This document shows, in pieces, positions 19,540 through 29,727 of a DNA stretch of 64,000 nt. Position numbers and translations under genes: made by a program. The notes under the pieces were generated by a model. The model did not search any database. It saw only the letters and a program-made list of their open reading frames with translations, and had not been told where the DNA came from. This DNA comes from Bacteroidales bacterium. GTDB lineage: Bacteria; Bacteroidota; Bacteroidia; Bacteroidales; UBA12077. The stretch covers positions 8,171-72,170 of the forward strand of contig DAOWGM010000095.1 of NCBI GenBank assembly GCA_030637515.1. The letters are read 5' to 3'. The first letter of the stretch is position 1. Every line of letters starts with the position of its first letter.

Positions 19540-19614
19540 GTCATGCTGAGTTAATCGAAGCATAGGCAAATTCCCTAATTTTAAAAGCTCATCCTTCGAC
19601 ATGCTCAGGATGAC
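19540..19614. repeat. Pair of inverted REP-like elements
   Basis: gtcatgctgagttaatcgaagcatag (19540-19565) and its inverted relative catccttcgacatgctcaggatgac (19590-19614). Confidence 0.7.
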
Positions 19615-19683
19615 AAAATCCAAAACAACATGAATTGATTTCTTGCAAATCTTTTCTAATAAGCTATAAATACTTATTTTTGT

Positions 19684-19709
19684 AATGTTTCCGGATATCC
19701 GGAAACATT
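19684..19709. repeat. 26-nt perfect palindrome
   Basis: aatgtttccggatatccggaaacatt is its own reverse complement. Confidence 0.8.
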
Positions 19710-19857
19710 ATTTCGATTATAAACGTTATGGGCTGGGTACTTTTTATAACAAAAAAGGTCCAAGCAAAATGCTTGAACCAATTCTTTGTTTATATATTTT
19801 TTATCTAATCGCTTGCGCCAGTTGGGGGCTTCTTATATCTTGCTGTATATTCCTATT

Positions 19858-20502
19858 TTACCAAATTATAACCCAATAAATCATTTCATTACTTTTATCA
19901 CTTAATGCTGCACCTTTAGAGTAACCATGTTTCCAATTTTCAGGCATATATTCACCCTTCGTTAATTGTTTTTCCTCTAAAAATATTCCTGACTTAGAAT
20001 CTAAAACGTAAATAGTAAAATCTTCTGGAAGTTTACAAACTGTATTATTAGTTTGATGAGTCGAAAAGTTAGAAAAGTTAGGAATCGGCATAAAATCATC
20101 AAAATGTTCTTGTTCAATTAATTCAATTTTAATCTCACTATTATCTGGATATCCATAATTTTCAATTGTAGAAAACCTGTTTAAAACAAGAAGAGAATCA
20201 TTATTGGCTAAATACTTTGCAATGGCAAGATTCTCCAATCTTTTCTTTTCTTCTTCAAATGACACATCATCATAAGCAAATACTACTTTCAAATTATACT
20301 CTACATCTGGATTTAAACTCCATGTACAATTTAATCGTTTAGAATTACCCTTTTCTGGAAAAAAACTCACATATTTTGCAAAAACATTTTTCACTCGGTT
20401 ATAATCAATATCCTTTTCAAGAAACCAGAATTGGTCTTGATTTCTATTAGTACAAGAAAAACCTATAATTAAAGTAATAATTAATACAGTAATACTTTTC
20501 AT
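19858..20502 (-). CDS. Lipoprotein, candidate immunity protein for the upstream RHS toxin
   Basis: Lipobox-like MKSITVLIITLIIGFSC. It lies immediately downstream (33 nt) of the RHS gene, the canonical position for a cognate immunity gene. No recognisable family. Confidence 0.4.
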   Translation of the reverse strand: MKSITVLIITLIIGFSCTNRNQDQFWFLEKDIDYNRVKNVFAKYVSFFPEKGNSKRLNCTWSLNPDVEYNLKVVFAYDDVSFEEEKKRLENLAIAKYLANNDSLLVLNRFSTIENYGYPDNSEIKIELIEQEHFDDFMPIPNFSNFSTHQTNNTVCKLPEDFTIYVLDSKSGIFLEEKQLTKGEYMPENWKHGYSKGAALSDKSNEMIYWVIIW

Positions 20503-20535
20503 TTTTTTGTTTTCGTTATGCTTTAAAATTTATTT

Positions 20536-23500
20536 TTACTTTCCGTCAAAAAACAAATCTTCAGCCATTTTAATTATTTTCAAACCAGTATTGACAGCAC
20601 CTTGGGAACCTTCTTTCTTTTTCTTACCATAAGAGTAAGTCTTTTTCCTAATGTATTGTCTTGTCTGAACCCCAGGTGATAAAGCTTGTTTCATAATTTT
20701 TCCAAAGAGAGTCTTAGGTTGATCATCAACTCGAGCCAAATTCATTGACTCCACATCTGTCACTTGATTATCTTTTTTAGTATACATTGTCTTAACCTCA
20801 AGGGTTTTATCTCTAGAGGTAATTGTGTTAATATCTGGGGCTCCTTCTCCTTCACCGTAAACCGTTGTTACATCGGTCTCAACAACTTTCTCTTCTTTAG
20901 TTACTTTCTTATAACCATTATCATTCATCTTCTCTCCAATCTCTTCATCTGACATTTCCACTTTGTCTACATCTATCATTCCGTCCCCTTCATCTCTAAA
21001 GATGTAAACGTTATCTGGCTCATCAGTTTCTTCATATAGTAATAAATTACCTTCTTCTGTAAAATAAAAATCATCAGCATTCATTCCCATGAAATCAATA
21101 AATCTTATAGGATTATTATCAGCATAAACAAATGGTGATTGTTGAGAGAAATTTTCCGCAAGCGGGTCAAGTGTGTGGAATCTGCCTAAAGCAGCATCGT
21201 AGAATCTCGCCCCGTAATCGTACCAATCGAGCTTAGTACCATTAATTGCGTCGTCTTGCAACTCTTTACCATTGTATTTATATTTATTATCGGTTTGCGA
21301 ACTAAAAGCATATGCTGCAATAGACATTCCGAAAGGATAATAATGATTAACCTGCGATTTAGCTGCTATATTACTTGAATCGTAAAATGCAACACGTGTA
21401 TTTCCTAAATGATCTTTTAAGAAATATTCGTATGTAAATGTATTTGCATTTGCCACTTTAACCATTCCTTCCGATGTTAAAATATAATCCAACGAATCTT
21501 CATCGTAAACCAGATTTCCAATGTACTGTTTTATAATTCGGTTTGCATTAACCTTTGCAATTTTTGTGCCGTTGGCTGTATAAAAATATGAAATTGTATC
21601 GGTTCCTCCAATAATCTGTTCCGGTAAATTCAGGTAATTATAAATTACTGTATCAATTCCTTTGTTTCGGTCTTTTATCATATTGCCATTGGCATCGTAC
21701 TCGTAATCTACTGTATTTATTAAATCCTTAAAACCAACTGTATCTTCACCTATATCGCTTACGGTGTATAATTGGTTGGAATTATTGCTATTGTAATATG
21801 CATATGTCATATCGTCCATTACGGTCTCGCCTTCGCTATAACGTTTCAATTGCTTTATGTTACCGTTTTTGTCGTAATCAACTAATGCTAAATCAAAACT
21901 AAGGGTATTACACCATCCTGAATTAAATGTTTGGTGATCTGCCTCCTGTAAACGATTTACATTATCGTATTGAAATACATATGCCTGTGTTTCGTTGTAT
22001 TTATCATCAATCCAGCGCATAGCAGAAATATTACCGTTATACTGAGCTGTTCCGTTTTCTCCAATACTTGCGTTATCATAAGCTAATTCCATAGCAAACA
22101 GGTCTTTTGCCTGTCCTTCTTGCTGAAGATCATCCATTTTGTTAATTTGGGTTAACCAACCACGAATGTTGTATTCAAAATTTACATTCTGCAAATAGGT
22201 TGTATCCGAAGTTCCATGAATATCTTTTTGAATTAATTGCCCTAACTCATTGTATTCGTTATGGCTTATTAAAACTTTTGGATTACTGCCCACTTTATGA
22301 TACTCGTGAGTTAATCGCATGGCATGATCATATTCAAACCATTGTTTAATACTTATAGTATCGTTAAATGGAATTGATGTATTAAAAGCTTTTTCATGTA
22401 TTTGCCATGTTTCAAGAACATTACCCACAAAATCATATTTTGAAAGTACCAGATCAGATTTATTCAATAGAGGATTTTCTGAATAGGAACGCAATGGTCT
22501 GTACTTTTTATCGTAAAAAATAATACTTGTTATAAGACTATCGGTTCCCAAGATGCGGATTTTGCTTCCTGTTACCTGCCCTTTTACAGCTAAGTTAATT
22601 TCTGATATGGGATAATCGATATTATCGATGCTTTTGCAGTAAGTCTGCAAGGCTCCGTTATCATCGAAATTATAATTATCGTAATAGGTAGCCGTAAGAA
22701 TTATATCGTTAATACCTAATATAGGGAAACACTGATTGGTATATCCAAGATATGTTCCAGTATAATTATTATCAATACTTTCGGTAAATATGCTTGTCAT
22801 TTCAGAATTTAGATAATTCTGCATGTTTTCCTGTCCCGTATAAGTAATATCGTAATAAATACCTGTTATAACAGGACGATTAAAACGATCATATTTGGTA
22901 AACATCCATTCGCTGTTTCCCCGAAGGTTTCCATCCTGAGTTAATACCAAACGATCGCGACTATCGTAAACCATATAAACAGGATCGGCTCCCGGAATCT
23001 TTTTTGTGATCATTCGATTACGATAGTCGTATTTGTATGAATAACACAAATTACTGAGAATATCTGAATTTACTATTCCTGTGGTGATAATTAGATTTAC
23101 CGCCTTGGGAGGTATTACATAACGCAATAATCCAAAATCGTCGTACACATAACAGGTTTTAAGCTTTAAATCAGTGGTGTCTGATACTTTTAAAACAACT
23201 TGACCTAATTGATCTTTGTATTCGGCGCTCCATACTCCATTTTCGTCACGGGTTGCATTTTTATAGGTTGTAGCTCTTTCGTAATAACCTGAGTTTGTAA
23301 GATTGCCATTGGCATCTACTTCAAACAGAATAACTTCATCTGTATTGTTAGTTTCGTAGGCAAAATGAACAGATTTGTCTGAATCATATCCTCTTTGCGC
23401 TTGCCATGTTGTTCCCGGTGCTCCTTGTTGTAATACCCTATTTAACGGAGATTCCTCAAACTCAATGGTTGACCATGGCTTTGTATCCGATGCTCTGTCA

Positions 23501-23880
23501 GGTACTGAAGATGAATAAAACGATAATTGTTCACCTTCTGCATTTTCTCTGAAATAACCTCCTGCATAACCTGCAGCATAAGACAAAAACCTTTTCGACT
23601 CACGGCCATAACCATCATACGCAATATGCTGAACAATATCGTTCCCATCTGCACTTGCACCAACCTGAACACTCTGCACTGGGCGACCCAAACCATCGAA
23701 ATACTGAATTGATATTTGTTTTTCTGCTGATGTAGCTTCTGATTCTTCAACAGCTTCGGTGTAAACTCTGGTTATAATACTGTTATTCTGGCTGAATGCT
23801 GTTCCTGAGAATAAGGCAACTAAAACAAATGCTGTTGTGAATAAACGTACTTTTTTTGATAATATATCTCTCATAATCAT
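20536..23880 (-). CDS. RHS/YD-repeat toxin protein with Sec signal peptide and variable C-terminal domain
   Basis: Signal peptide ...VLVALFSGTAFSQ. It has many YD repeats (YDGYGRE, YDDFGLLRYV, YDSRDRL, YQYDNVNRL, YDKNGNI, YEYDANGNM). The RHS core end is DHLGNTRV...YYPFGM...YDYGARFYDAALGRFHTLDPLAE...NNPIRFIDFMGM. An unrelated Lys/Glu-rich tail of about 180 aa follows. Confidence 0.9.
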   Translation of the reverse strand: MIMRDILSKKVRLFTTAFVLVALFSGTAFSQNNSIITRVYTEAVEESEATSAEKQISIQYFDGLGRPVQSVQVGASADGNDIVQHIAYDGYGRESKRFLSYAAGYAGGYFRENAEGEQLSFYSSSVPDRASDTKPWSTIEFEESPLNRVLQQGAPGTTWQAQRGYDSDKSVHFAYETNNTDEVILFEVDANGNLTNSGYYERATTYKNATRDENGVWSAEYKDQLGQVVLKVSDTTDLKLKTCYVYDDFGLLRYVIPPKAVNLIITTGIVNSDILSNLCYSYKYDYRNRMITKKIPGADPVYMVYDSRDRLVLTQDGNLRGNSEWMFTKYDRFNRPVITGIYYDITYTGQENMQNYLNSEMTSIFTESIDNNYTGTYLGYTNQCFPILGINDIILTATYYDNYNFDDNGALQTYCKSIDNIDYPISEINLAVKGQVTGSKIRILGTDSLITSIIFYDKKYRPLRSYSENPLLNKSDLVLSKYDFVGNVLETWQIHEKAFNTSIPFNDTISIKQWFEYDHAMRLTHEYHKVGSNPKVLISHNEYNELGQLIQKDIHGTSDTTYLQNVNFEYNIRGWLTQINKMDDLQQEGQAKDLFAMELAYDNASIGENGTAQYNGNISAMRWIDDKYNETQAYVFQYDNVNRLQEADHQTFNSGWCNTLSFDLALVDYDKNGNIKQLKRYSEGETVMDDMTYAYYNSNNSNQLYTVSDIGEDTVGFKDLINTVDYEYDANGNMIKDRNKGIDTVIYNYLNLPEQIIGGTDTISYFYTANGTKIAKVNANRIIKQYIGNLVYDEDSLDYILTSEGMVKVANANTFTYEYFLKDHLGNTRVAFYDSSNIAAKSQVNHYYPFGMSIAAYAFSSQTDNKYKYNGKELQDDAINGTKLDWYDYGARFYDAALGRFHTLDPLAENFSQQSPFVYADNNPIRFIDFMGMNADDFYFTEEGNLLLYEETDEPDNVYIFRDEGDGMIDVDKVEMSDEEIGEKMNDNGYKKVTKEEKVVETDVTTVYGEGEGAPDINTITSRDKTLEVKTMYTKKDNQVTDVESMNLARVDDQPKTLFGKIMKQALSPGVQTRQYIRKKTYSYGKKKKEGSQGAVNTGLKIIKMAEDLFFDGK

Positions 23881-23885
23881 ATTTT

Positions 23886-26800
23886 TTATTGGTTACCCAA
23901 ATCAACAAGGTTAATTGATTTAATAATGGTATTGGAACCTCCATCTTTTGTTACAGTAAGCTTAATTTGATGTGATCCTAAAGTGAGTGTCGTAAGCGGA
24001 TCAGGTAATGTTGAATTAATAGTTCCATCATTTTTAAAATCCCAGGCCCAAGAATCGGGATCACCAGTTGAAAGATCCCAGAACTGTATAAAAGCTTTAC
24101 TTCTTATCACATTATAAGTAAATTCAAAATCAGCAATTATATCTGGTCGTCCATCCTGATAAATCAAGAATTCTTCCTCTACACCTCCTTTAATTATCTT
24201 AAAACTACCAGTTCTTGAATATGAATCATTATTATTAAGTAAGCGAATTTGAACATCTCCTGTAGATGAATCGAAACTTAGAATTCTTATCCACAGTTCG
24301 TCAGAATCAAGAGTCCAGTCACAAACATTACTAATAATATTGAATGTGTAATCTCCCCCATCGGACGATACATCACCAATGGTTGGATTTCCCTCACCTA
24401 AGTCGAAATCAGGCGCAAGCACCTCAATGGCTGTTGAAACACAATCGGTAATATTTGCATCCCCTTCTGCTCTTACGTAATAGGATTCATTTCCTGTTGG
24501 GTTAACTATAATAGAATTACCACTGCCAATTGAATCTGTTCCGCATCCTGATGTATACCACACCCATATTGCGCCAGTTCCTAAAGAGCCTCCGTTAACC
24601 GTAAGTGTAACCGGACAACTACTACCAACTATTAAATGACTTGCAGTAACAGAAGTTGGACCAACTGAGTTTATTTTAACATATTTACTCTTACTTCTTG
24701 AGAAGCATAAGTTAGATGCGGTTACTTTTACATATCCTGCTGCAGTTCCTGTTCTTATGCTAATAGCAGTATCCTGATCAGACTGAATTTCGGTTCCCGA
24801 AGGAACTGTCCAGCTATAATCAGTAGCTCCTTCCAGATTAGAAATAGAATAGGTTTTTATAACAGTAGGATCTATTTCTGTTGGTCCTGCAATTGAATCT
24901 ATATTTGCAATCTGCGATGTTACTGTCAGGGTTGCCACATTACTGTACACTGAACCACATTCTGTTACTTTACATCTATATTTGTTACCATTGTTTTCTC
25001 CAGCAGGATTTGAAATTGTGTAAAGACGAGATTCTGCACCAGAAATGTCAGAAAAGTTAAGTCCGTTATCGTTACTTAATTGCCACTGGTAAAAATAACT
25101 TAAAGTATCTCTTATAGCAGCTGAAACACCAAATGTTACAGATTCTCCTTCACAAACAGTATGATTTTCCGGATGTGAAAGTAAAAAAAGTAAGGTGTCC
25201 TTAGAAACGGATAAATGTTTATAAATACTTGAATCCCCACAAATAGTAGATACATTTACTGAAATATTACCTGCTGTTGAACCAAATTCAACTTCTATTG
25301 AGTCGGTTCCCTTTCCGTATATGATTTCTGAACCATACGGTACGATCCAGTTAAATGTAACATCATCTGATAAATAACGGGATGTATAAGTGTAAACCGA
25401 GCCCGGACATACTATACTATTTCCTTCCGGTTCATTAACCTTATAATCTAATATATCCGGTATTGTATGGTAATCTAATACTTTGGTTTCACTTTTTTCC
25501 CCACATTCATTAATTGAAAATACAGAAATTTCACCAGAAGTATCCCAATCACTATTTTCATAATTAAACTGAACTGTAATACTCGTATCATTTCTATCTA
25601 TAATTAATGCATCTCCTGTTACAATCCAGACATATTCAATTGCCCCTATAACCGAATCAATAGTAAAAGTTTCAATACTTTGCTTACAAAATGTTGAGTT
25701 TCCTGTGATGTTCTCAACAGGCAAAGGTGGAGTACAAACCGATTTGTCTAATCTTTCTGATATTAGATCATTGGTATAATAACAAACCTGGTAATTATAA
25801 ATGCTATTTGGTTGTACAACTGTATCAGTATATGTATTACTAGTTAAACCATGAGCTACCAGAATATAATTTCCATTATTATCTAATTTGTAAACATTGA
25901 AATTAACATCAGGAATATTATCCCAAGTCAGAATAATTTTATCGAAACTTGATTCGGCATCTAAATCAGTTATATCAGGTATTATCTCTTTCCATATATT
26001 ATACTCAAAAGATTTTAAAAGATTATACTCATTATCTTTAATTGTATTTAATCTTCCAAAACCATCATAATCGTAATAAGTAGTATTTCCGTTTGCATCG
26101 GTTTGAGTTTTGATACCGACCAAAGGTTTATGAGTATAAGTATTAACTAATGTACCAGATAGACTTTGGCGTATCGAATCATTTTTATTTTTAAAATCAG
26201 TTGGATAATCAGGATTTAATAATTGAATTTGATTAATAGTAGAAACTGGAATATCATTATATTCCAATCCTGTAATTTGAGCTTTAGGATAAATACTTTT
26301 AGAATCCCAAACATATGAAATCAGGTTCCCATTATATTGTTTAATGGTTAATGGTTTACCTTTACTATTATAATCTAAAAATTCAGCTTTGGTCTCAAGT
26401 GATTCATTATAATTAGCTTGCAATATCTTCGATGGCTTTATTAAATTGCCAAAATCATAATACTCTGTTCGTGATCTTTGCACACCAACACCATTTATTA
26501 AGCTTTGGGTTTCAATGGGAATATAAACATTTTTATTCCTAAGCTCTTCATGAAAATCATTTTGAGTTTCATCAAAATCTACTAAATTCTCCTTGTCTTC
26601 TAAATAAATATATTTTTTTTCTATGGTGTCATTCTCTACTAATTGCATTTCTTCTTTTAAAACCGTTGACATTGGATTTTCTAGGGTGTCTACGTAGTAA
26701 TACCTCGTTTCTGATATTATGGTATCTGACGGAGTCACTTTAATTGGATTCACAGGAGTTTTAGTTGAATCATAAAAATAATTATAAGTTTTTGATGTAA

Positions 26801-29324
26801 TTGGTAAAAGATAACCAGTCCCTATTAAATACCTTTTTGAAAAATATGTTGTTGATGAATAACTTCCGCCAGTACGCATAATGCTGTATCCCAATCCTTT
26901 AGCTTGATCGTCATTTATTGCTAACAGATTTTTTTGGCTTTCATTAAAATAATGATATTCATTTTTAGTTTCTCTGATTTTTTTATAAGCTTCGCCCTCC
27001 ATTTTATAAGTTACTTCAGAGATTAATTGCCCACGAGCAAAATCAAATTCTGAGAATGGAACTAAAGGAGGATGAATAGCTGTAATACCATCGGCTGTAG
27101 TCCAAATATCATCACCTGGTGATGTAAATGATCCGTATTGCTCATCAGGATAATTCTGAGATGTTACATATGATTTATTTTGGCGAGTTTTATCTCCTGT
27201 TTTGGTATTTGTGCTATAAATTTCAACATAACTATAACCTACAACATTTCCTTTTGTATATATTAAAGGCCTGGTCGAATTAACGGTTCTAATATACCCT
27301 CCAAGAATCTTAGAAGCATAACTGTCATATGAATTATAAAAAAAATAAGAGTAACCATAATTTGGATAATGAACCAAAGATCCGTTACTATAATTAAATT
27401 CTTTGATAGAAGCAATAGATGCATTGAGATCATTCTTTGTGTCTAAATTGCCATCCCTTGAGGTTATTTTTTTTATTCTAACCCCACCTACAATTCCATC
27501 CGATTGAATATACTCATTATCCCATGAAACTTTTACCATTACTAATCCAGGCTCATCACAACCTGAAGGATCTCTAGGATCAATCGAAATAGTATAAGTT
27601 CCTGGTGGTACCTCAACACTTGTTGTAAAATTGTCCTCTTTTAATTCCATTGAATAATACGCACCATCGTCATTAATGAATTTAATTCTAACAGTACAGT
27701 CTCCTTTTAAATATTGAACAGTGGTAATATCTACGGTAATTGAAGGTGAACAAAATGAGTTTATTTCTGTCGTTGTATCAGTTCCAATACCTGTGAGTGT
27801 ATATGATTGTCGGTCGTTAGCAATACCAAAGAACTGATTATCTTCGGTGTTTCGAGCAGTATTTTGCTCATATTCAAAAAACGCACTAGCTTTGGTTGGA
27901 TATAAAATCCGCCTAAGTATATTCGCTTGTGTAAATAACGTATCAGGATCTCTGTCTGCATCACCAAATACACTATAATTAAAACTACCCTCTGCACTAC
28001 TAGCGGTTCTCCATTTTACTTTATATTCAGGTTCCAAGGATGTATTTTCATCTTTCCCATTGTAATAACCCCAATGGTCCTTCCCAAGAGATAGTCTGTT
28101 TGGTAATCGAGTAGAGCTATAAGAAAACTCATATGGTTCCATTTCTGTTCCATCACTTCCAATTTCTGTTATGCTCTTTAATTTTAATCTCCATCCATAG
28201 TTTCCATAATCATAATTTAGAGGATCTATTTCTGAAGTAAGAGGGTCTGGATGCTCTGCTTCTGTATTTATGAATGCGTTACTAGTTTCAGTAAAATACT
28301 CATACTCAAATTTGAACTTCTTTATAATTATTTCTTCAGAGTTACTTTTATCATATATATTTATTTGGGTTAAATAAACGTCCCCTGATTTATCTTCACG
28401 TCCACCCGCATAAATAAATTCTACCCGTTCTTTAGTTGTTGTTATTTCTTCTATTCTTTTTGGTTGTTCTATATATGTTCGAGAATAATCTAATTGCATT
28501 GTCCCAACAGCATCACCCATAGTATAGCTTTTGGGAGATTGATTAAATGTAATAAGATCTGGCATATTTTCTTTGTATGAAAATGAAATCCCTTCGGTAT
28601 TATTAAGATTTTTCATAGATGTGATATACCAGCTCGAATTATTTACCACACGGTTGTTATTTATTTGTGCTCCAATGAATTCAGAAGAAACTTTTTCTAC
28701 AACACCAAACTTGTATCTGTTTCCTCTTGGATCAATAATTTCAAAGCTTGTAATTTCTTTCGATGAATTATCAATAGTTGTGATTATGCTATCATTATTA
28801 ATAGGTATTTTAGTAGCAGATTGATCTCTGTTTAAAATAAAAGATCCATTAAGATTATTGCAATTATAAAAGAATTTATCTGGTTTCGGATCTTTATCTC
28901 CATTAAAACATTCAAGAAAAAAATCATATGATTCTTCAGAGCTAATTGATAGTGGTAAAGGATAATTTAAATATCCGTTTACTTGATCATCTGCAATTCC
29001 ATTTATCGTTCGTGAAACAACACCACCATAATTTAAGGTCCATCCTAAACCAACAACGGATGCAAAGTCTTCAACTAAAACTCCGTTCACCGCATTATAT
29101 TTTAAATAGATAGGTAAACTTATTTCATCTCCTTCAATGGTGTAAATTGGAATGGTAATATCAACAGCACCAGTATAATAATTTACATTATTATTTCCGT
29201 ATACCTGCATTGAACTTGCATTTGGTGAAGGAGGAATAATGTCAGGCAATTCCTGTGATTTTACTAATTGGGTTGTGCCAATTAATAAAATGATAATAAT
29301 TGTAATTAACTTTTTCATAAACAT
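23886..29324 (-). CDS. Giant secreted protein with SpvB/TcB-N-like N-terminus and C-terminal Ig/PKD/BACON-like domains
   Basis: It has a signal peptide. YYTGAVDITIPIY...SLPIYLKYN...VGLGWTLNYGGVVSRTINGIADD resembles the SpvB/TcaC N-terminal pattern (..G..s.siPi...lsLsYnS...G.GWsl..sI.R). There is an isolated YD repeat, YYDYDGFGRLNTIKD. The C-terminal third has PKD-like, Ig-like (YQWQLSNDNG...YRCKV) and BACON-like repeats and a terminal PKD domain (WDFKNDG). It ends 5 nt before the RHS gene. Confidence 0.6.
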   Translation of the reverse strand: MFMKKLITIIIILLIGTTQLVKSQELPDIIPPSPNASSMQVYGNNNVNYYTGAVDITIPIYTIEGDEISLPIYLKYNAVNGVLVEDFASVVGLGWTLNYGGVVSRTINGIADDQVNGYLNYPLPLSISSEESYDFFLECFNGDKDPKPDKFFYNCNNLNGSFILNRDQSATKIPINNDSIITTIDNSSKEITSFEIIDPRGNRYKFGVVEKVSSEFIGAQINNNRVVNNSSWYITSMKNLNNTEGISFSYKENMPDLITFNQSPKSYTMGDAVGTMQLDYSRTYIEQPKRIEEITTTKERVEFIYAGGREDKSGDVYLTQINIYDKSNSEEIIIKKFKFEYEYFTETSNAFINTEAEHPDPLTSEIDPLNYDYGNYGWRLKLKSITEIGSDGTEMEPYEFSYSSTRLPNRLSLGKDHWGYYNGKDENTSLEPEYKVKWRTASSAEGSFNYSVFGDADRDPDTLFTQANILRRILYPTKASAFFEYEQNTARNTEDNQFFGIANDRQSYTLTGIGTDTTTEINSFCSPSITVDITTVQYLKGDCTVRIKFINDDGAYYSMELKEDNFTTSVEVPPGTYTISIDPRDPSGCDEPGLVMVKVSWDNEYIQSDGIVGGVRIKKITSRDGNLDTKNDLNASIASIKEFNYSNGSLVHYPNYGYSYFFYNSYDSYASKILGGYIRTVNSTRPLIYTKGNVVGYSYVEIYSTNTKTGDKTRQNKSYVTSQNYPDEQYGSFTSPGDDIWTTADGITAIHPPLVPFSEFDFARGQLISEVTYKMEGEAYKKIRETKNEYHYFNESQKNLLAINDDQAKGLGYSIMRTGGSYSSTTYFSKRYLIGTGYLLPITSKTYNYFYDSTKTPVNPIKVTPSDTIISETRYYYVDTLENPMSTVLKEEMQLVENDTIEKKYIYLEDKENLVDFDETQNDFHEELRNKNVYIPIETQSLINGVGVQRSRTEYYDFGNLIKPSKILQANYNESLETKAEFLDYNSKGKPLTIKQYNGNLISYVWDSKSIYPKAQITGLEYNDIPVSTINQIQLLNPDYPTDFKNKNDSIRQSLSGTLVNTYTHKPLVGIKTQTDANGNTTYYDYDGFGRLNTIKDNEYNLLKSFEYNIWKEIIPDITDLDAESSFDKIILTWDNIPDVNFNVYKLDNNGNYILVAHGLTSNTYTDTVVQPNSIYNYQVCYYTNDLISERLDKSVCTPPLPVENITGNSTFCKQSIETFTIDSVIGAIEYVWIVTGDALIIDRNDTSITVQFNYENSDWDTSGEISVFSINECGEKSETKVLDYHTIPDILDYKVNEPEGNSIVCPGSVYTYTSRYLSDDVTFNWIVPYGSEIIYGKGTDSIEVEFGSTAGNISVNVSTICGDSSIYKHLSVSKDTLLFLLSHPENHTVCEGESVTFGVSAAIRDTLSYFYQWQLSNDNGLNFSDISGAESRLYTISNPAGENNGNKYRCKVTECGSVYSNVATLTVTSQIANIDSIAGPTEIDPTVIKTYSISNLEGATDYSWTVPSGTEIQSDQDTAISIRTGTAAGYVKVTASNLCFSRSKSKYVKINSVGPTSVTASHLIVGSSCPVTLTVNGGSLGTGAIWVWYTSGCGTDSIGSGNSIIVNPTGNESYYVRAEGDANITDCVSTAIEVLAPDFDLGEGNPTIGDVSSDGGDYTFNIISNVCDWTLDSDELWIRILSFDSSTGDVQIRLLNNNDSYSRTGSFKIIKGGVEEEFLIYQDGRPDIIADFEFTYNVIRSKAFIQFWDLSTGDPDSWAWDFKNDGTINSTLPDPLTTLTLGSHQIKLTVTKDGGSNTIIKSINLVDLGNQ

Positions 29325-29380
29325 TTTTATATTAATATTTTAATGTATTCTTAAATGAATCTTTTGTATAAAAAGTGATC

Positions 29381-29658
29381 GAAAGTAGTTATTAATGGCG
29401 AGCTAAGAAATGTGTTTTATAACACATTCGTGTTATTGTAAAAAAGATAAGCGTATGGATTTTATATATAAACGCAAAATAGATTTAAGCTTCTGGAATT
29501 TTATTAACAAAACCATTTTCTTAAAACTTAGTGTTGACCTTTGTCTTATAAGTTGTGAACAAAATCCGTGATTGAGTAAATCTAAAAATATGAAATTAAA
29601 CGTAATTCAGACCCAAGGGTCTCTTTTTAAGAAATTTATATTAATTCTAAATAAAAAA
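29381..29658 (-). promoter_or_regulatory. Conserved leader/promoter region, copy B (upstream of the 1812-aa gene)
   Basis: It is collinear and of equal length with 50129-50406. Identical blocks are attaacaaaaccattttcttaa (29503-29524) and cgtatggattttata (29452-29466). Palindromes lie at 29409-29428 and 29609-29622. Confidence 0.55.
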
Positions 29659-29727
29659 TAAGAATACAAGCCAATTTTATTTTAACAAATTTTTTTAAGG
29701 ATTAAAATAGTTGTCAACCTTTCGACT

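Noticed and set aside
18130-19614. REP-like copies flanking the transposase as the terminal inverted repeats of the IS
   Set aside because: The same motif family occurs at 29728, 29787 and 37417 without any transposase. The left copy and the first right copy are in direct, not inverted, orientation. I could not find convincing IS-specific inverted or direct repeats by eye.
19685-19879. 64-aa plus-strand ORF downstream of the transposase (and likewise 29800-29991)
   Set aside because: The first starts inside the 26-nt perfect palindrome and runs into the end of the convergent lipoprotein gene. The second is built from REP-like sequence and overlaps the 432-aa gene end. Neither has a motif.
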